Origin: Octopus sinensis
Taxonomy: Eukaryota
Length of the DNA stretch: 64,000 bases
Direction of reading: 5' to 3'
Assembly: GCF_006345805.1 (NCBI RefSeq)
Contig: NC_043000.1
Location: 99,882,001 to 99,946,000, forward strand
Shown: one piece after another, positions 23,561 through 37,340 of the stretch
How the letters are laid out: the number at the start of each line of letters is the position of its first letter
How positions within the stretch are numbered: the first letter of the stretch is position 1
The notes under the pieces: model-generated
Told to the model about the DNA's origin: nothing
Seen by the model: the letters and a program-made list of their open reading frames with translations, nothing else
The model's database searches: none
Made by a program: the position numbers and the translations under genes

Positions 23561-23639
23561 CCACACACAAACTCAAACACACACACACAACACACACACA
23601 CATATATATTTATATAAATATATATAATATATATATATA

Positions 23640-23739
<100 letters not shown>

Positions 23740-23952
23740 TATAGAATGGTCCGGTTGATGAATTGTCAGTCGCTATAATTTGCACATGTAAGTACATAAT
23801 TAGACGTCAAAGCTATCTCTAGTTCTTATCAGGAGGTACAGCTATAATCAGATAATTAAAGATCACCTACTCGTCAGATTTATCAATATATTATATAAGC
23901 ATGTGAAAATATATGTTTATTTGTGTGTGTATAAATACACTATAGACATCTA

Positions 23953-23988
<36 letters not shown>

Positions 23989-24129
23989 AACATACATACA
24001 CAAATATACATACATACATACATACATACATACATACGTACATACATACATACATATATATATATATATTATATATATATATACATACATACATAGGGAG
24101 AATTCACAAAAAAACAAAAGACGAAGACA

Positions 24130-25090
24130 GGGGGTGTAGATAACAAACAGATGTATTAGTATAACGCTGAGGTAGTGAAAAAGTCGTTAACGTTTCGTGC
24201 CTACGCTCTTCCACAAAAAGGAACACGGAAAGAAACATAGAGAGAAAATAAAGAATGTGTGGTGGCTCTACGTATTTATGTATGAATGTATATGCACCTA
24301 CATATTCTCACGCAAACACACACATGTACATGCACATACGCACAAAAACTCTTATGTAAGTAAACATAGAGAGAAACATTTAAAATAAGTGTTCCTAACG
24401 AAACAACGAAAGACACAAATGGAAAACGAAACAAACATAAAGAACGACCCTTCATCAGTTGTTGGCTGTTTCTCTAGTCTCGTATTTCGAGCACTTAACA
24501 ACAATATACGCTTTCGATAAAACAGTTGCTCCTGCCAAGCAAATTAAATAAAATTTGCGATTTTGCGGAGGGTCAAGTGAGTTTTATCTTAATAATTCTG
24601 ATGTGCACTCTATTCGCTCTTTTTACTCCTTCGTCTTTTCCCTCTCTTATTCTTTTTCCTCCTCTTCTCCCATTATGCTATCCTATTACTCTATCAGTCT
24701 CTCTACCTCACTCCTCCTCCCTTGCTCACATGGCTCCCACGTGACCATCGGCCATCTTTCTTTCTTTTTCTACGTTGTAGCTGAAACAAGAAAGACGTGT
24801 TCTTGTTTGCCTCCTGCCCTAGCTTGATTTACGTGTTCACCACCACAACCTCGTCTAGGCTTAGCAGTCCTTCCTGTTTGTTTTCACTGTCCCGTTTGTG
24901 TAACCAATTTTGACCCACCGCAAAATCCCAAATTTTATTTAATTTGCTTTGCGGGAGCATCTGTTTTAACGACAGCGTATATTCTTGTTAAATGCTCGAA
25001 GAACGAGAGTAGAAAAACAGCCAACAACTGGTGAAAGGTCTTTCTTTATGTTTGTTTTGTTTTCCATTTGTGTCTTTCGTTGTTCGAAAG
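24130..25090. mobile_element. Fold-back cassette with ~180-bp inverted arms (PLE-terminal type)
   Basis: ~24400-24580 is reverse-complementary to ~24910-25085; spacer has a CT-rich tract, CACGTGAC and GGCCATCTT; degenerate hammerhead-like relic at 24183-24220 (-). Confidence 0.75.
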
Positions 25091-25339
25091 AATAATTCAT
25101 GTTCTATGTACTCGTGCTTCGTACATTTTGTTGTACACGTTTCATGACATCCGGTGCCCATATACGCACACACACACATACACAACACACACATATATAC
25201 TTATAGATGTAAGTATGTACATATAAATGTGTATATATGCATATATATATATATATATATATATAACATATATATTATTTATATATGATTGAACTCCACG
25301 CATCCTCTTCCAAGTAAGTTTTATCTAGCTATCTATCTG

Positions 25340-25394
<55 letters not shown>

Positions 25395-25566
25395 CTGCAC
25401 ACACACACACATGTATGAGCGAGTGAACTACCGAAATAAAGTGTCACTCAACACATTATTTAATAACAGTTTTTAATTGGTCTCCATGCAATTTAAAGTT
25501 TCGTAGGCTCGTCAAACAAACCTATCTTGATATATATATAAGCTGTAATACTGCTATCAGATTAAA

Positions 25567-25742
25567 TAGTGATACTTTGAAATCGTTTAATGCGTACGTT
25601 TCAGATTTATATAATTTACAATAAGAAATGCATCCACTACTTAAAACTTCCTCAGTTGAGGGTGGTTTACGTAATGGATGCATTCCCCATTATATATGAT
25701 GCAAATCTGAAACACGTATTAAACAATTTCAAAATATCACTA
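25567..25742. repeat. Small nested inverted-repeat element
   Basis: 25567-25608 vs 25703-25742 (imperfect, ~40 bp) enclosing 25627-25640 vs 25671-25684 (13/14). Confidence 0.8.
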
Positions 25743-26519
25743 CTTAGTTTGACTTCATTATTATAACTTATACAACACGTCGGTTATTCGTATACTCTAA
25801 TAACGGTTAATGCTTTGAAGCATATTTCAACAAAGTCAAATCCTTTTTCCAACTCTGGGAATATATTAATGATGAGTGATTTTAACTTTCTTTATATGAA
25901 CTGGACTACAAATACACTGAAATAAAATAATGTCTTCTCAACACTGGACAAACAGCAGTAGAACTGTTATTTAATTTAATGGATGAGTTTTGTCTATCCC
26001 AAATTGTATTTGAGTCAGCAAAACAAAACAAAAATATCTTAGATCTGACATTTAAAAGTAATCGATAATATTTCGGTTGAAAAAGTTCTTCTCTGACCAT
26101 GGCATGATACTAAGCAACCTTAGTTTCCGGCTTGCCAAAGCGAAATCACTCACTCTCACCCCAGCACACCCGATTTACAAAACAGACTTTGGAGTTATTA
26201 GAAAAGATCTGTTGCTTAATGACTAATCCTTCACTTACATGTCCTTTGATACTGAAGCAATATGGTAAAGGTTTGAGAATATTGTTCAAAACACGGTCCT
26301 ACGAAACTCATTCGAACTAATAAAAGTAGGACCCAAAGAGAGAAAAATCCTTTATCAGGAGAATCAAACGACTTAATTAAAAACTGAACTATTTAAATTA
26401 CTACCACAAACAGCTTCTACAATCAATGGCAATAAGAACATTTTAATTAGGGAAAATATCTGCAGAGCATCATCAACGAGCTTAATTTCTAACATATTAT
26501 TGCTGACGTAACGTTCAGT

Positions 26520-27480
26520 CTCAGACGTCATCATTGCAGCAATAGATGAAACCAAGCGTTATTCTACAGTAGGTCTTGAAGGACTGTTGATGCTAACTTG
26601 CATCTCCTCTAACCAATTTTTGGAGAAAATCTTTCCGCTCAGGCTATCAAACGGATGCTTTTGTTTGCAAGCATTTTACGATGTTTCTGCGTATAGCAAC
26701 TGCACTGTCCTAAATACGTAAATTCCATTTAAATGTTGTCGTACATTGGAACTTGTCAGAGGGAACCATCATCTGATCAGAACTGGACTATTTTTCTGTC
26801 CCTGATGGAGAAACATGGGCTTTGACGTGTAATTTGGCCTGCATCAGCCTTGCCCCATCTGCCTACCCGGTGGTTTATTTGTAGTACGGATCTCCAGGCA
26901 TGTTCCTCACTGCGGATAAGGTCATATTATATTTGACTGGCATTCAACAGGGTAAGCCATTGAATACCTATTTCTTTATTATCCACAAGAGGCTAAACAT
27001 AGAGGGGACAAACAAGGACAGACATAGGTATTAAGTCGATTACATCGACCCCAGTGCGTAACTGGTACTTAATTTATCGACCCCGAAAGGATGAAAGGCA
27101 AAGTCGACCTCGGCGGGATTTGAACTCACAACGTAACGGCAGACGAAATACCGCTAAGCCATTGAATACCCTCCTCTTGGCTCTCGGGTTGAACAGCAAC
27201 AGAACATCACTGCTCCTTTCAGTCGCTGTTATCTGGGCGTTGCGATGATAGGCGGGTCTGAAGAGAATGTCTGCTACGATCTCCGATCAGTGCTTCCTGC
27301 TCTGGCAAGTATCGATCTCGAAATTAACTCGTCCAAGATGGAGGTCGTTAACGTCAACTGCGACGCAGAAGGCTTCGTAGCCGCCGTCTCGAACGTACGA
27401 TCATTACTTCACCGGCTGCAGGTGGCCTCGCCAATCTTCCCGCCAGCCATTCGCTCTGCACTCAGGTCCAGGCCAATCGT
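26520..27480 (+). mobile_element. Highly degraded CRE-like non-LTR RT fragment, split by a SINE
   Basis: TGIQQGKPL|NTLLLAL (QQGDPLGPLLF-like), YLGVAMIGGSEENVCYDLRSV..ASIDLEINSSKMEV (YLDDxTLGG..LxLNxSKCE-like). Confidence 0.5.
26969..27154 (-). mobile_element. SINE family B, young-tail monomer, 5'-truncated, 16-bp TSD
   Basis: TAAGCCATTGAATACC at 26953-26968 and 27155-27170. Confidence 0.92.
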
Positions 27481-27959
27481 GTATATTTGACATTACAATA
27501 TGATATCAGTCGTATTCTCTGGGTAGACAATGTATAGTAATGGTGACAAACTTGGTAGTGGGGAATACTCAAACCAGAGGATGTTAATGGCCCACGCTGT
27601 AACGGACAGGTGAGAGAGGAAATGACCTATGTAAAAGATATGAGACAGATGCTGTTTTCATGTTGTTTATTCTCAGGTGAATTCCGATTGACATTCCAGC
27701 CTCGACCATCCCATCCATTTTATATATGCAGGAAACTCAGAATCATATTATCCAGCGTGTCGTTTCTACGACGGTAGGGCAGGGTGCTTGGGTATTTGGC
27801 TGCTGTATTCAATGCATCGTGTGACCACATACAACCTACCCTGTTAGCTAGTTATATACAGCTGGTGTCCATATAGGGGCAACGTACCTAAAAGGAAATG
27901 ATGTATGCATATATACAGACGACAATATGCATGTGAGTGTTCGTGTATAAATATATATA

Positions 27960-28347
27960 TGTACGAGCAAAACGCACCCCGTCCAATGGACAGTGCTGAG
28001 TTGTCAAACATTTAAACCAAATATTCTCAAAACAACTTGTCCGACTGTTTCATAGGCCTCCCCTTTGAGAAACACTGATTTAACCTAAATTTGAGACACC
28101 AGCAAAAGAAGAAATAAAGATAGACTTTTTTCTATTCCAAAAAAAAACGATTTTACAAATGCACGTTCCCACGGCTTTATCGATCGCATTCTCACCTGGA
28201 ATCAATTTTTGTAATTTTTTCAAGACTTATACACGCCCTGTTACTGTCGGTATCTACATATCAAATTTGAGAGCAATCGGAAGGAGGATGCCCGAGATCC
28301 TAGAATACATACATACAGACAGACAGAACGGATTTTACATAATAGAT
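27960..28347 (+). mobile_element. Possible Helitron/Helentron-associated non-autonomous element (DINE-1/HINE-like end)
   Basis: aaatttgagagcaatcgg...cccgagatcctag, (TACA)/(GACA) microsatellite, then ttttacataatagat terminus. Confidence 0.4.
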
Positions 28348-28622
28348 ATGTGTATGTGTGATGTGTACATGCTCACACTCACACACACACTCTCTCTCTC
28401 TCTCTCTCACTCACACACACACACACAGTGTTCGGAAATGTTATTGTTCGCCAGGTGAATTGATCCGAACCCTTGTGCTGAAACGGAAAGGATTGCAGCA
28501 TTGAAGACACATATGAGTCATTCAAAAATACACATGGAGTATTAACTTCACTTAAACATTTAAAATCCGGTGTCAAGAGTTTAACACCAATTTTTCCTTT
28601 TTCATTTTATTTCTCGCTCCAG

Positions 28623-28666
28623 TTACCAACCTGGTCAGTAACACCGTTCCACTACAGCAGAACCGA
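28623..28666 (+). other. Candidate 44-nt internal exon
   Basis: Long polypyrimidine tract tttttcctttttcattttatttctcgctccAG, then exon, then GTAAGG. Confidence 0.4.
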
Positions 28667-28838
28667 GTAAGGCTTTGTATGTTTCTGAATGGCAAATATG
28701 TGTATGTCTGTGCATGTATGTATGTATGTATGTATGTATGTATGTATGTATGTATGTATGTATGTATGGTATGTATGTATAAATATATATTTATATGTAT
28801 ATATATGTATATACACATTTATGTATGTGTTTTGTTGT

Positions 28839-28875
<37 letters not shown>

Positions 28876-29129
28876 GTTGCTATTATGCTAAACTGTCGTA
28901 TGTCCAAATTTGGGTAAATGCGTTTTTTTTTCAAATATTTATTTTTGCTTGCAATAGCCAGTTCTTTTGGCCAAACTGTCGTATCTCCAGCTGCCTCAGA
29001 TTTCAAGATATCGAAAATTGTCAAAGTGTAGTACAACGGTTTTGCTATGGAATGGTGAAACTATTTTACAAGTCTGTATTAGTTTAATGATTGGGAAGAT
29101 TATATATATATATATATATATATGTTCCA

Positions 29130-30050
29130 TTTAGCAGGCTTTCTTTGTCATCCTGTAGTGCGTCTAAAGTCAAAATCTTCGCGAAGCTGATTTGATGATA
29201 TTACCAGTTTAATCGACGACACTTGACCATATATACTAATCATAAATCACTTGAGCGATTTGATGTACACACGCGTGCGTGCACATACATGTACGCTATT
29301 GGTAATGATGTTCGACCGGATCATTGGCGATTAAACCGACATCCCCAGCAATCTACTCTGATAAGAAAGGTTGCTAGAAATCCATCCAGACAAAAGCAAG
29401 ACTTTTTAAAAGGATAGATAAATGCAGCTTTCTGTGAATTCAGTGAATCGCTACAAACAGTGTAGGGACCTAGAAATTTCAGAATAGTGTTAAGTTTGTT
29501 GTAAGAACACATACCGGAAGTGAGGTCTTCTTTAGCTTTCCGTCGTAAAAGCTAAATGTGATATAAAAATCGTCTGGCTCATGTTGTGAATCTGTGACCT
29601 CACTGTAGATCATGACATTCACACACTTCAAACTGACATTTTTGACAGCAAATATCTTGCCAAAACTTTTTCTTTAGAGCATACCAATAGATGAGATGTT
29701 GCACAAGACTTGGGCATAAAATACCTTAGGTTTGGCCGAAGTCGCCATACCATGTTATTTCTTAAATTTTCAGCAGTATGTCGTAAAATGGTTTCTATTG
29801 TGGTTGGTTGTTCATTTGATACTTGTGAAGAATGAAAATGGCTCTCTAGCGCTGCGCGTAAAATGATAAACAACACTCATGAACAGTAAACAGAAGCTTT
29901 ATTTGCTGCTCGTGGTGTTTGCTGTGTTGGTATTTAGAATAAAAGCAACAATTTATACACTCTGGGAGAGACATACTACTTGGATGTACGACAAAATAGG
30001 TGGTACGTATCAATCTGTGACTAACCCATCACAACTGGGAAAATATCGCG
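29130..30050 (+). mobile_element. Possible highly eroded Gypsy-type pol remnant (RNase H/integrase)
   Basis: FNRRHLTIYTNHKSL resembles RNase H GRxFTIYTDHKPL; weak integrase-like fragments HTLQTDIF, ENGSL. Confidence 0.3.
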
Positions 30051-30543
30051 TTAAATTCATGGCAGCAAAATCTGTATTTTCTGTCTGCACGGCTGATGTA
30101 CGAAAAATGAGAATGGAGTCGTTACAGCAACCGTCTCAGCATTCTGAAATTACCGCCAAAAATTTACCTTTTATAAGACTCATTAGAAGGTTCTAGAAAG
30201 TCGAATCAGGTTATTGCTTGACATTAATTGCTCCATTAATCGGCCGATCACGTGAAACAACAGAGATCTCAAGGCGGCATCTGCACGGCCGTCCAATGAT
30301 CCGGTTTCGAATCTGCTATAAATATATAAAATATTTTTTGGTATGACTGATTTCGTCACCACTGTGACCCATGCAGTATGATTCTTTCATAAAGTAAATA
30401 ATTAGATAAATAAATAAACAACTAAATAAAAAACAACAAAAATCTTGCTCAAGTCTCTGCATATAATTGACCAAATATAAGGTCAATTCTGACCGACGAA
30501 GACGTTATATATATGCATGCATACATATGCATATATATAAGGA

Positions 30544-30574
<31 letters not shown>

Positions 30575-30882
30575 AACAAACAAACATTAATATTTAGATA
30601 TATATGCTACATAAATATTTGTATGTGTGTGGGTTTTGTGTGCGTTTATATTTTCCCATTGACGTGTATGTGTTTGTGTGTTTGTGTATATGTATATATA
30701 TACACACACGTAGATGTGAAAATATATATCCCATAACATTGGAAGACTTAAGCCAAGTACAAATGAATGAAACAAAAGATTACGATAAAAAAAACCCAAA
30801 GGCAATAATACAAATATAACACCCTGAACACACACATATATATATGTATGTGTATATATATATATGCATATACATATATATA

Positions 30883-30963
<81 letters not shown>

Positions 30964-31670
30964 GCATACAGACACGCACACACATATATTTATTTATACA
31001 CACACCCATGTACATGTATTTTTTTACGTACACGAACGCACGCACACACAGGTCTTGCACATACACCAATGAAAAGTATCTGTTGGGTAGCCCCTTTTAC
31101 TTACTTATTAAGATAACCCATGCATACCCGCGATCAATGGGTACATCCCTGTCAAGATCGTCCTGTTCCAAAGTATTGCGATCATCCTCGTTCTCTTTAG
31201 CCATGCTAAACTTACCGATATGGGTAAGTTATGAACAGCTCAGAAAACACGGCGAAATGAAGACAAAAGTATAGATAAATAGATATGCAGAAAAATATAT
31301 AGGAGTGATAGAGTATGAAAGTAGGAGAGAGGGAGAGAGAGAAATAAAAAGAGAGAGCATAGCATAAAGAGGAAGATAAGAGAGGAAGATAGGGAGAGAA
31401 AGATAGGTATATAGTTAGAAATAGATAGAGTAAGGAGTAGATATAGAAAGTAGAGTGTTGGGAGAAGTGAGTGAGAGGAGAGAGAGAATGTGACTGCCAG
31501 AGTTGGATTGTTTATAATTGTCATATTATTATCATTTAATTTTATTTATGTTTTATATTTTATATTTTATTTCGGGGAAACTGTCAAGTATGAGTTATCT
31601 CCCGATAGATTCTTTTCCTTTTTCTTTTTTTCTCTTTTCTATTAAATCATGGATAATATATATTAACCCT

Positions 31671-32070
31671 GGTGGCGAGTTAGCAGAAACGTTAGCACGT
31701 CGGGCGAAATGCTTTGCGGTATTTCGTCTGCGTTACGTTGTGAGTTCAAATTCCGCCGAGGTCGACTTTGCCTTTCATCCTTTCGGGGTCGATAAATTAA
31801 GTACCAGTTACGCACTTGGGTCGATGTAATCGACTTAATCCGTTTGTCTGTCCTTGTTTGTCCTCTTGTGTTTAGCCCCTTGTGGGTAGTAAAGAAATAG
31901 GTATTTCGTCTGCCGCTACGTTCTGAGTTCAAATTCCGCCGAGGTCGACTTTGCCTTTCATCCTTTCGGGGTCGACAAATTGAGTACCAGTTACGTACTG
32001 GTGTCGATCTAATCGACCGGCATCCTCTCTCAAAACTTCTGGCCTTGTGCCTAGAGCAGAAAAGAATATA
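31671..32070 (+). mobile_element. SINE family B dimer (young-tail unit + old-tail unit), period ~182 bp
   Basis: gtatttcgtctg at 31719 and 31901; gagttcaaattccgccgaggtcgactttgcctttcatcctttcggggtcga twice. Confidence 0.92.
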
Positions 32071-32174
32071 TTTTAACCCTTTGATGTCTGCGGGCCCAGA
32101 GCATTTGGAGCCATTTTACGTCACTTGTTTACTTATCCAGCAAAATTCTTATCCGGTGTTATTTCTCGTATAGC

Positions 32175-32212
<38 letters not shown>

Positions 32213-32388
32213 CACACACACACGCACACACACACATGCACACACGCACAAACACACACATACATACATACATACACGCGTATATGAATATGTGTATATA
32301 TACATACATGAATGCATATGTGTATGTATGTGTTGAGTGTGTGTGTGTGTTGTGTGTGTGTGTGGTGTGTGTGTGTGTGTATGTGTGT

Positions 32389-32451
<63 letters not shown>

Positions 32452-33254
32452 TGTGTGTGTATGCATTTATGCGTGATCTTTTACTTGTTTCAGTCACTGA
32501 ACTGCACTCATACTTGAAACTGCAAGAACGGCTTAGTTGAATGAATTAATCACTGTACTTTAAGTTCTACCAGTTTCTTTCTGAAGTTACGGTGGTCGTA
32601 AAAGACAAACCCTAAATCGACTGGGCATCTGTGCTTTTCACGTTACGTTTTTACCATACACACACAAACACACACACGCACACACACTCACTCACAAACA
32701 TGCGCGCGCTTTCCCATTCGTACGAATACGGTTACGTCTACACCCAAACTCTCCCAACACATATGGGATACGACCCTTAAGTCAATACTCCAACGCTCCA
32801 TCCCTAGTTACAGTTGTTATGTTGCTGTTGTTACTATTGTTGAACCCCATATAAATTGGAATCTAGCTAATCCGCGATGAAAGGCATTCTAGCTATGACA
32901 ATCCTGTCTTTTCAGACACATTATCCAATCTATTATATGCTTCCTTTTCTTTATTATAAACAGTAAGATGTGTTTTCAGAGAGATTTTGTTACTATTTCT
33001 AGCCTGTCGTCCGACCACACTCAGCGTCTCTCATTGACTCAGTTGCTTTGTAAATAATTGCGACGGTAAATGTCAGCCCTATTTTTACAATTTTTCATAC
33101 AATAGAAATAAACAATGTACGGATCGCTGTGTTAGACGGTTCCAAAGTTCTTTGTTTTAAACTACTTAAACCCTGTGAGTCGCCCAACATATTTAGAACA
33201 CATTCTGTTTGTAAATAACTAAAGGACAAAGTAATAATTGTTGTTTCTAATAAC

Positions 33255-33437
33255 CCTTTCTACTGAAGGCACAAAGCTTGAAATTTGGGAGAGGTGGATA
33301 ATCGATTACATCGACCCCGTTACTCAACTGGTATATCGACCCCATTCCTATGTTCTGAGTTCAAATTTCTCCTAGAGACGGACGAAATAACGCCAGGCAT
33401 TTTACCCGGCGCGCTAACGATTCTGCCAGCTCGCCGC
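33255..33437 (-). mobile_element. SINE family B, old tail, internally rearranged
   Basis: ctaacgattctgccagctcgccgc head; atcgattacatcgacccc body. Confidence 0.75.
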
Positions 33438-34493
33438 TTTTTATAATTGTTCAAAGCTGAAGATCCCAAAATCTTCGTTGAGGAACACTTGGTTTATGTA
33501 AGACAAGTATCCATGGCTTCTGCATCGTTGAAGGCATATGACTACTTTTGTAAAGACAATCTCAAGTTTGTATTCGTTTCTGTTCTTTTAATGCTGTCAT
33601 ATGTGATCTTATTCTTTCTCTTTTTGTGCTTCATCGAGCAGTTCCTTGTATTAGTCGTTTCAGTGCCTTATCAAAGCTTTGTTAGCCTTACTGAAGGCTG
33701 TGAATTTCATTTCGTTCAAGGAGGAAGCTTGTTAACTCCTCATAAAATACTGGTTCTCCTTCATAAAGCGAGTTTTTCCTCAGTGACCACCCGTCTTTAC
33801 ACCAACTCGCATTTGTTGTTTTGAAGAGATAGGGTGTAGATGGCAGGTAGTCTACTGATTCCCTTCGGCCTCATGTATAGGTCTTCGTAAATGGGTGTGA
33901 TAGTACTGCTAAGCGGAGGTACTTCGTGGTTATTTACTTCTAATTGAGCAAAGGGTTTAGAAATAGATGAACCAACGTGCTTTTTCCATAAAATGGAAAG
34001 AGCAGGCACTCTAATTCGGTTCAACGAAAACTGGGACAGGGTTCCACAATCAACTGGTAAATTATGTCGGAAGTGATCTAAACGTTTACCACATCTTCCC
34101 AATTTTGGAATGATAAATTCCTCTTAGCTCATTCATAGATGAAACCGGCCAGCCTCCTCGCAACCTCATCCTAGTTCCTATCCATAACATATGGACAAAT
34201 TAACCTTAAGACCAAAACTGTATATATAGCATATATATATATATATGAATTTGTAAGTGTAAAGATTTATTTTTTCCAAGTACAGATGGCTTTTCACTAC
34301 ACAGATACTTAGACTCTTCAATTTCGTCTTGACACTGAAAATATTTCCGACCTATTCTCTCCTTGCTCGTTCAACCCGATAGAAATAGTAGCCACATTTC
34401 ACTTATATCACACTCAAACATTTTAAAAAGAGAATGCCAAGTTTGGCATTGTATAAAATACACAAAATCTACTGATTGGTCAAGACACATACT

Positions 34494-34506
34494 CTTCTTC
34501 TTCTTC

Positions 34507-34538
<32 letters not shown>

Positions 34539-34603
34539 CTTCTTCTTCTTCTTCTTCTTCTTCTTCTTCTTCTTCTTCTTCTTCTTCTTCTTCTTCTTCT
34601 TCT
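34494..34603. repeat. (TTC)n trinucleotide tract
   Basis: Direct reading. Confidence 0.98.
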
Positions 34604-35168
34604 TTTGCGGAGCTGACTAACTGTGCATGTGTAGGTGTGTGGATGATCGTGTAGGGCTCGGAAGTGGTCAATGCTAGTGTGTGCGTGGTGGTGTTGTGTG
34701 GTATGGTGTGGTGTGGTATGGTGGTGTATGGTGTAGTGGTGTGGTGATGGTGTTGGGATGTGGGGCAAGTGAGAGTGGGAAAGTAAGGGTGGGGTGTGGG
34801 TTAGGTTGAGGGTTGGGGTAGAGGGTGGGAGTGGGTGTAAGGGATGGGGTGGGGTGGGCTGGAATGGATAGGGAAAGTGGGGTTACGAGGAAGGGGTGAC
34901 GATAAAGGAAGAGGGGGAAGGTGGGTAGGAGTGAAGAGAAGAGAGGTGGGTTATTAACCGTGTCGATTTTATTTACCTGGGAGGGACGTTGAAAAGTTAA
35001 TTAAGTCGTTTTCTCCAGAGCAACCCCTCCTCCTGGTACACGCAAAAGAAAATTTTAAGCTTTGGTAACATTCGACGTTTAGGGTCCGATATTCGGCGTT
35101 CCTGAGTTTAATTAAAAACCCAAAACAAACGAAACAAATGCTAACTTATATCCCCATATATGTGTGTT

Positions 35169-35221
<53 letters not shown>

Positions 35222-35731
35222 TGTGTGTTTGTGTGTGTACACGCACATATGTACGCGCATAATGAAAGATAAGCGAGCAAAAAGTGTTGATTAAGTTGAT
35301 TAAGAAAGTTTCGGCACTTATGTTTCTTCACACACGGTGGTAGTACAACGCAGCCAATGGGATGATTCCATATGTTTGCTGATTTGTGTCCGTGGGCATT
35401 CACCGATAACAATGTGATAAGGATATTTATGCTCATATACATTATACAGGTACACACACATATGGAAACAAATATATACGCATATAGACATGTGTATACA
35501 GGCGTACGAACACATATACACACATACAAAAATACATTATACACGTGTACATGTGCAAAGCCACTCACGCAATATAGACATTTATACACACATCCGCATA
35601 CATTCGCATACAATCACTTGCATATACATACGCTTATACACACATACATCCACACATATATTTACACGTGCACGAATATAGATTTACATACGCATACAGA
35701 GGTAAACACACTCACATTGCACGCATATAAG

Positions 35732-36471
35732 TGTAACGGTTGAAAATTTGTTGTTATAACGGCATGTTGTAGGATGTGAAAGATGGACAATGCACGAAGC
35801 TTTCAGAAAGTATTCATTTATCGTTACGTTGAAAATACCTTGCCTCGTCGGGCCGATTATAAAATCCAAGAGCATTCGAAAGAAAGTTCGGTTTGGTAGA
35901 ATTTTTCTTTGTATAGTTTTGTGTACACGTTGTTAGAAGTAATCCACAGATAGCGATATGATGATATTGCAAGAGAACAGAATTAGAGCTAGTGAAAGTT
36001 GTCGGGTCGTGGGAAGGTGTCTCATAGCTGATGACAGTAAATTTAATTTCTCTCCCTGGCCATTGTCTTTAGTAGCTGTCTTGCTTTGGATCATGATTCC
36101 AGCGGTCTGTTCCCTAACTGATTGAATTGTCACGAGCCGACTCACTCAGTTGTCACCAAGTGACTATTGGTTTTTGCTTGGGGGGTTCTTGCTTTTATAA
36201 CTATCCAGAAGGATAGACAAATCGTTGAGAACAATGGGCTTCTTTGGTGGTACTGTGATATCTCTATTCTAGCTTTTGGTAAAGTAGAAGAAGTTAGAAA
36301 GGGTCAAGTGGTGAAGTCATTATTTCGGCCTAGCTATGGGCAATCTGGCAAATGTAAAACTCCTGTCAGAGTAAAACCATTGTTTTACCGTGAGAAAAGT
36401 TCTGTTGAAGTGTCAATTAAAATTTGGCTATGGTGGATCGAATCCACTTCATGCTCGCAAGATTCACTACA
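35732..36471 (+). mobile_element. Possible solo LTR
   Basis: TGTA...TACA termini around unique sequence between microsatellites; ATTAAA ~50 bp before end; no matching TSD. Confidence 0.25.
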
Positions 36472-37340
36472 TCAGTATACACGTATACTAATACATACAC
36501 ACAGGAGTTAGCTTTGTTACAAAAGATTAACAGTTGAAGAATGAAGGAACATGTGCATAGTTATAAAACTGGTATAAAAAAAGAAAAAAAGGGAAAAAAA
36601 TAATAAATAAAATAAAACTGAATATTTATCCAACAAATGCGGTGTTGAGCATTCATTCTCACTGTTCCATATTATTGTATGCATGTATGTATGTATGTAT
36701 GTATGTATGTATGTATGTATGTATGTATGTATGTATGTATGCATGCATGTATATACGTATGCATGTATGTACGTATTAGCGAACAAACAAGTATATACTT
36801 TTTTGTTGGAATCATGCAAAACGAAAATCTTATGAATATTATTAATATGAATAGAAATCCTGACATATTATATTATTATAACTCTTCACACATGTTTCAT
36901 CCAAAAATGCAAACCTGAACTAAACTCCAATTCATTCTAATTGTATTACTAATAGTCACTTAATTACTTGACCTCTGGACACCCATTCATATTCAAATCT
37001 GAGTCATGAGAGGTCCGACATAACTCTTATGGAGAAGGTATTCATACCTTGGCAATTGCTTTGATCGTGAAAGCGTTACTTATTTAATTTGTAATGATGT
37101 AATATGATCTTAATATCACCATAAATTCTATTATAAAAACTTTCTGTGACTCTTACATTTCTTTTCTTTCTTATGTACCTATCCAACGTGTACACAGAGC
37201 TTTCCATTCTTCACTATTCTGTTAGACTTTCAACCACCGAGAAAAGATCAAAAGGTCAACTTATTCTCATTAATCTGTAAGTGCTGAGAGAAGAAAATAA
37301 AAAGACTTTAAACTTGAATTTTAAAATGCTGATTTTTCTG

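Noticed and set aside
25590-25660. Minus-strand CTGAGGA...GAAACGTA as a hammerhead
   Set aside because: No stem I pairing; not supported by the opposite arm
29879-30196. 105-aa ORF with signal-peptide-like N-terminus
   Set aside because: No recognisable domain or splice context; lies in a probable eroded LTR-element remnant
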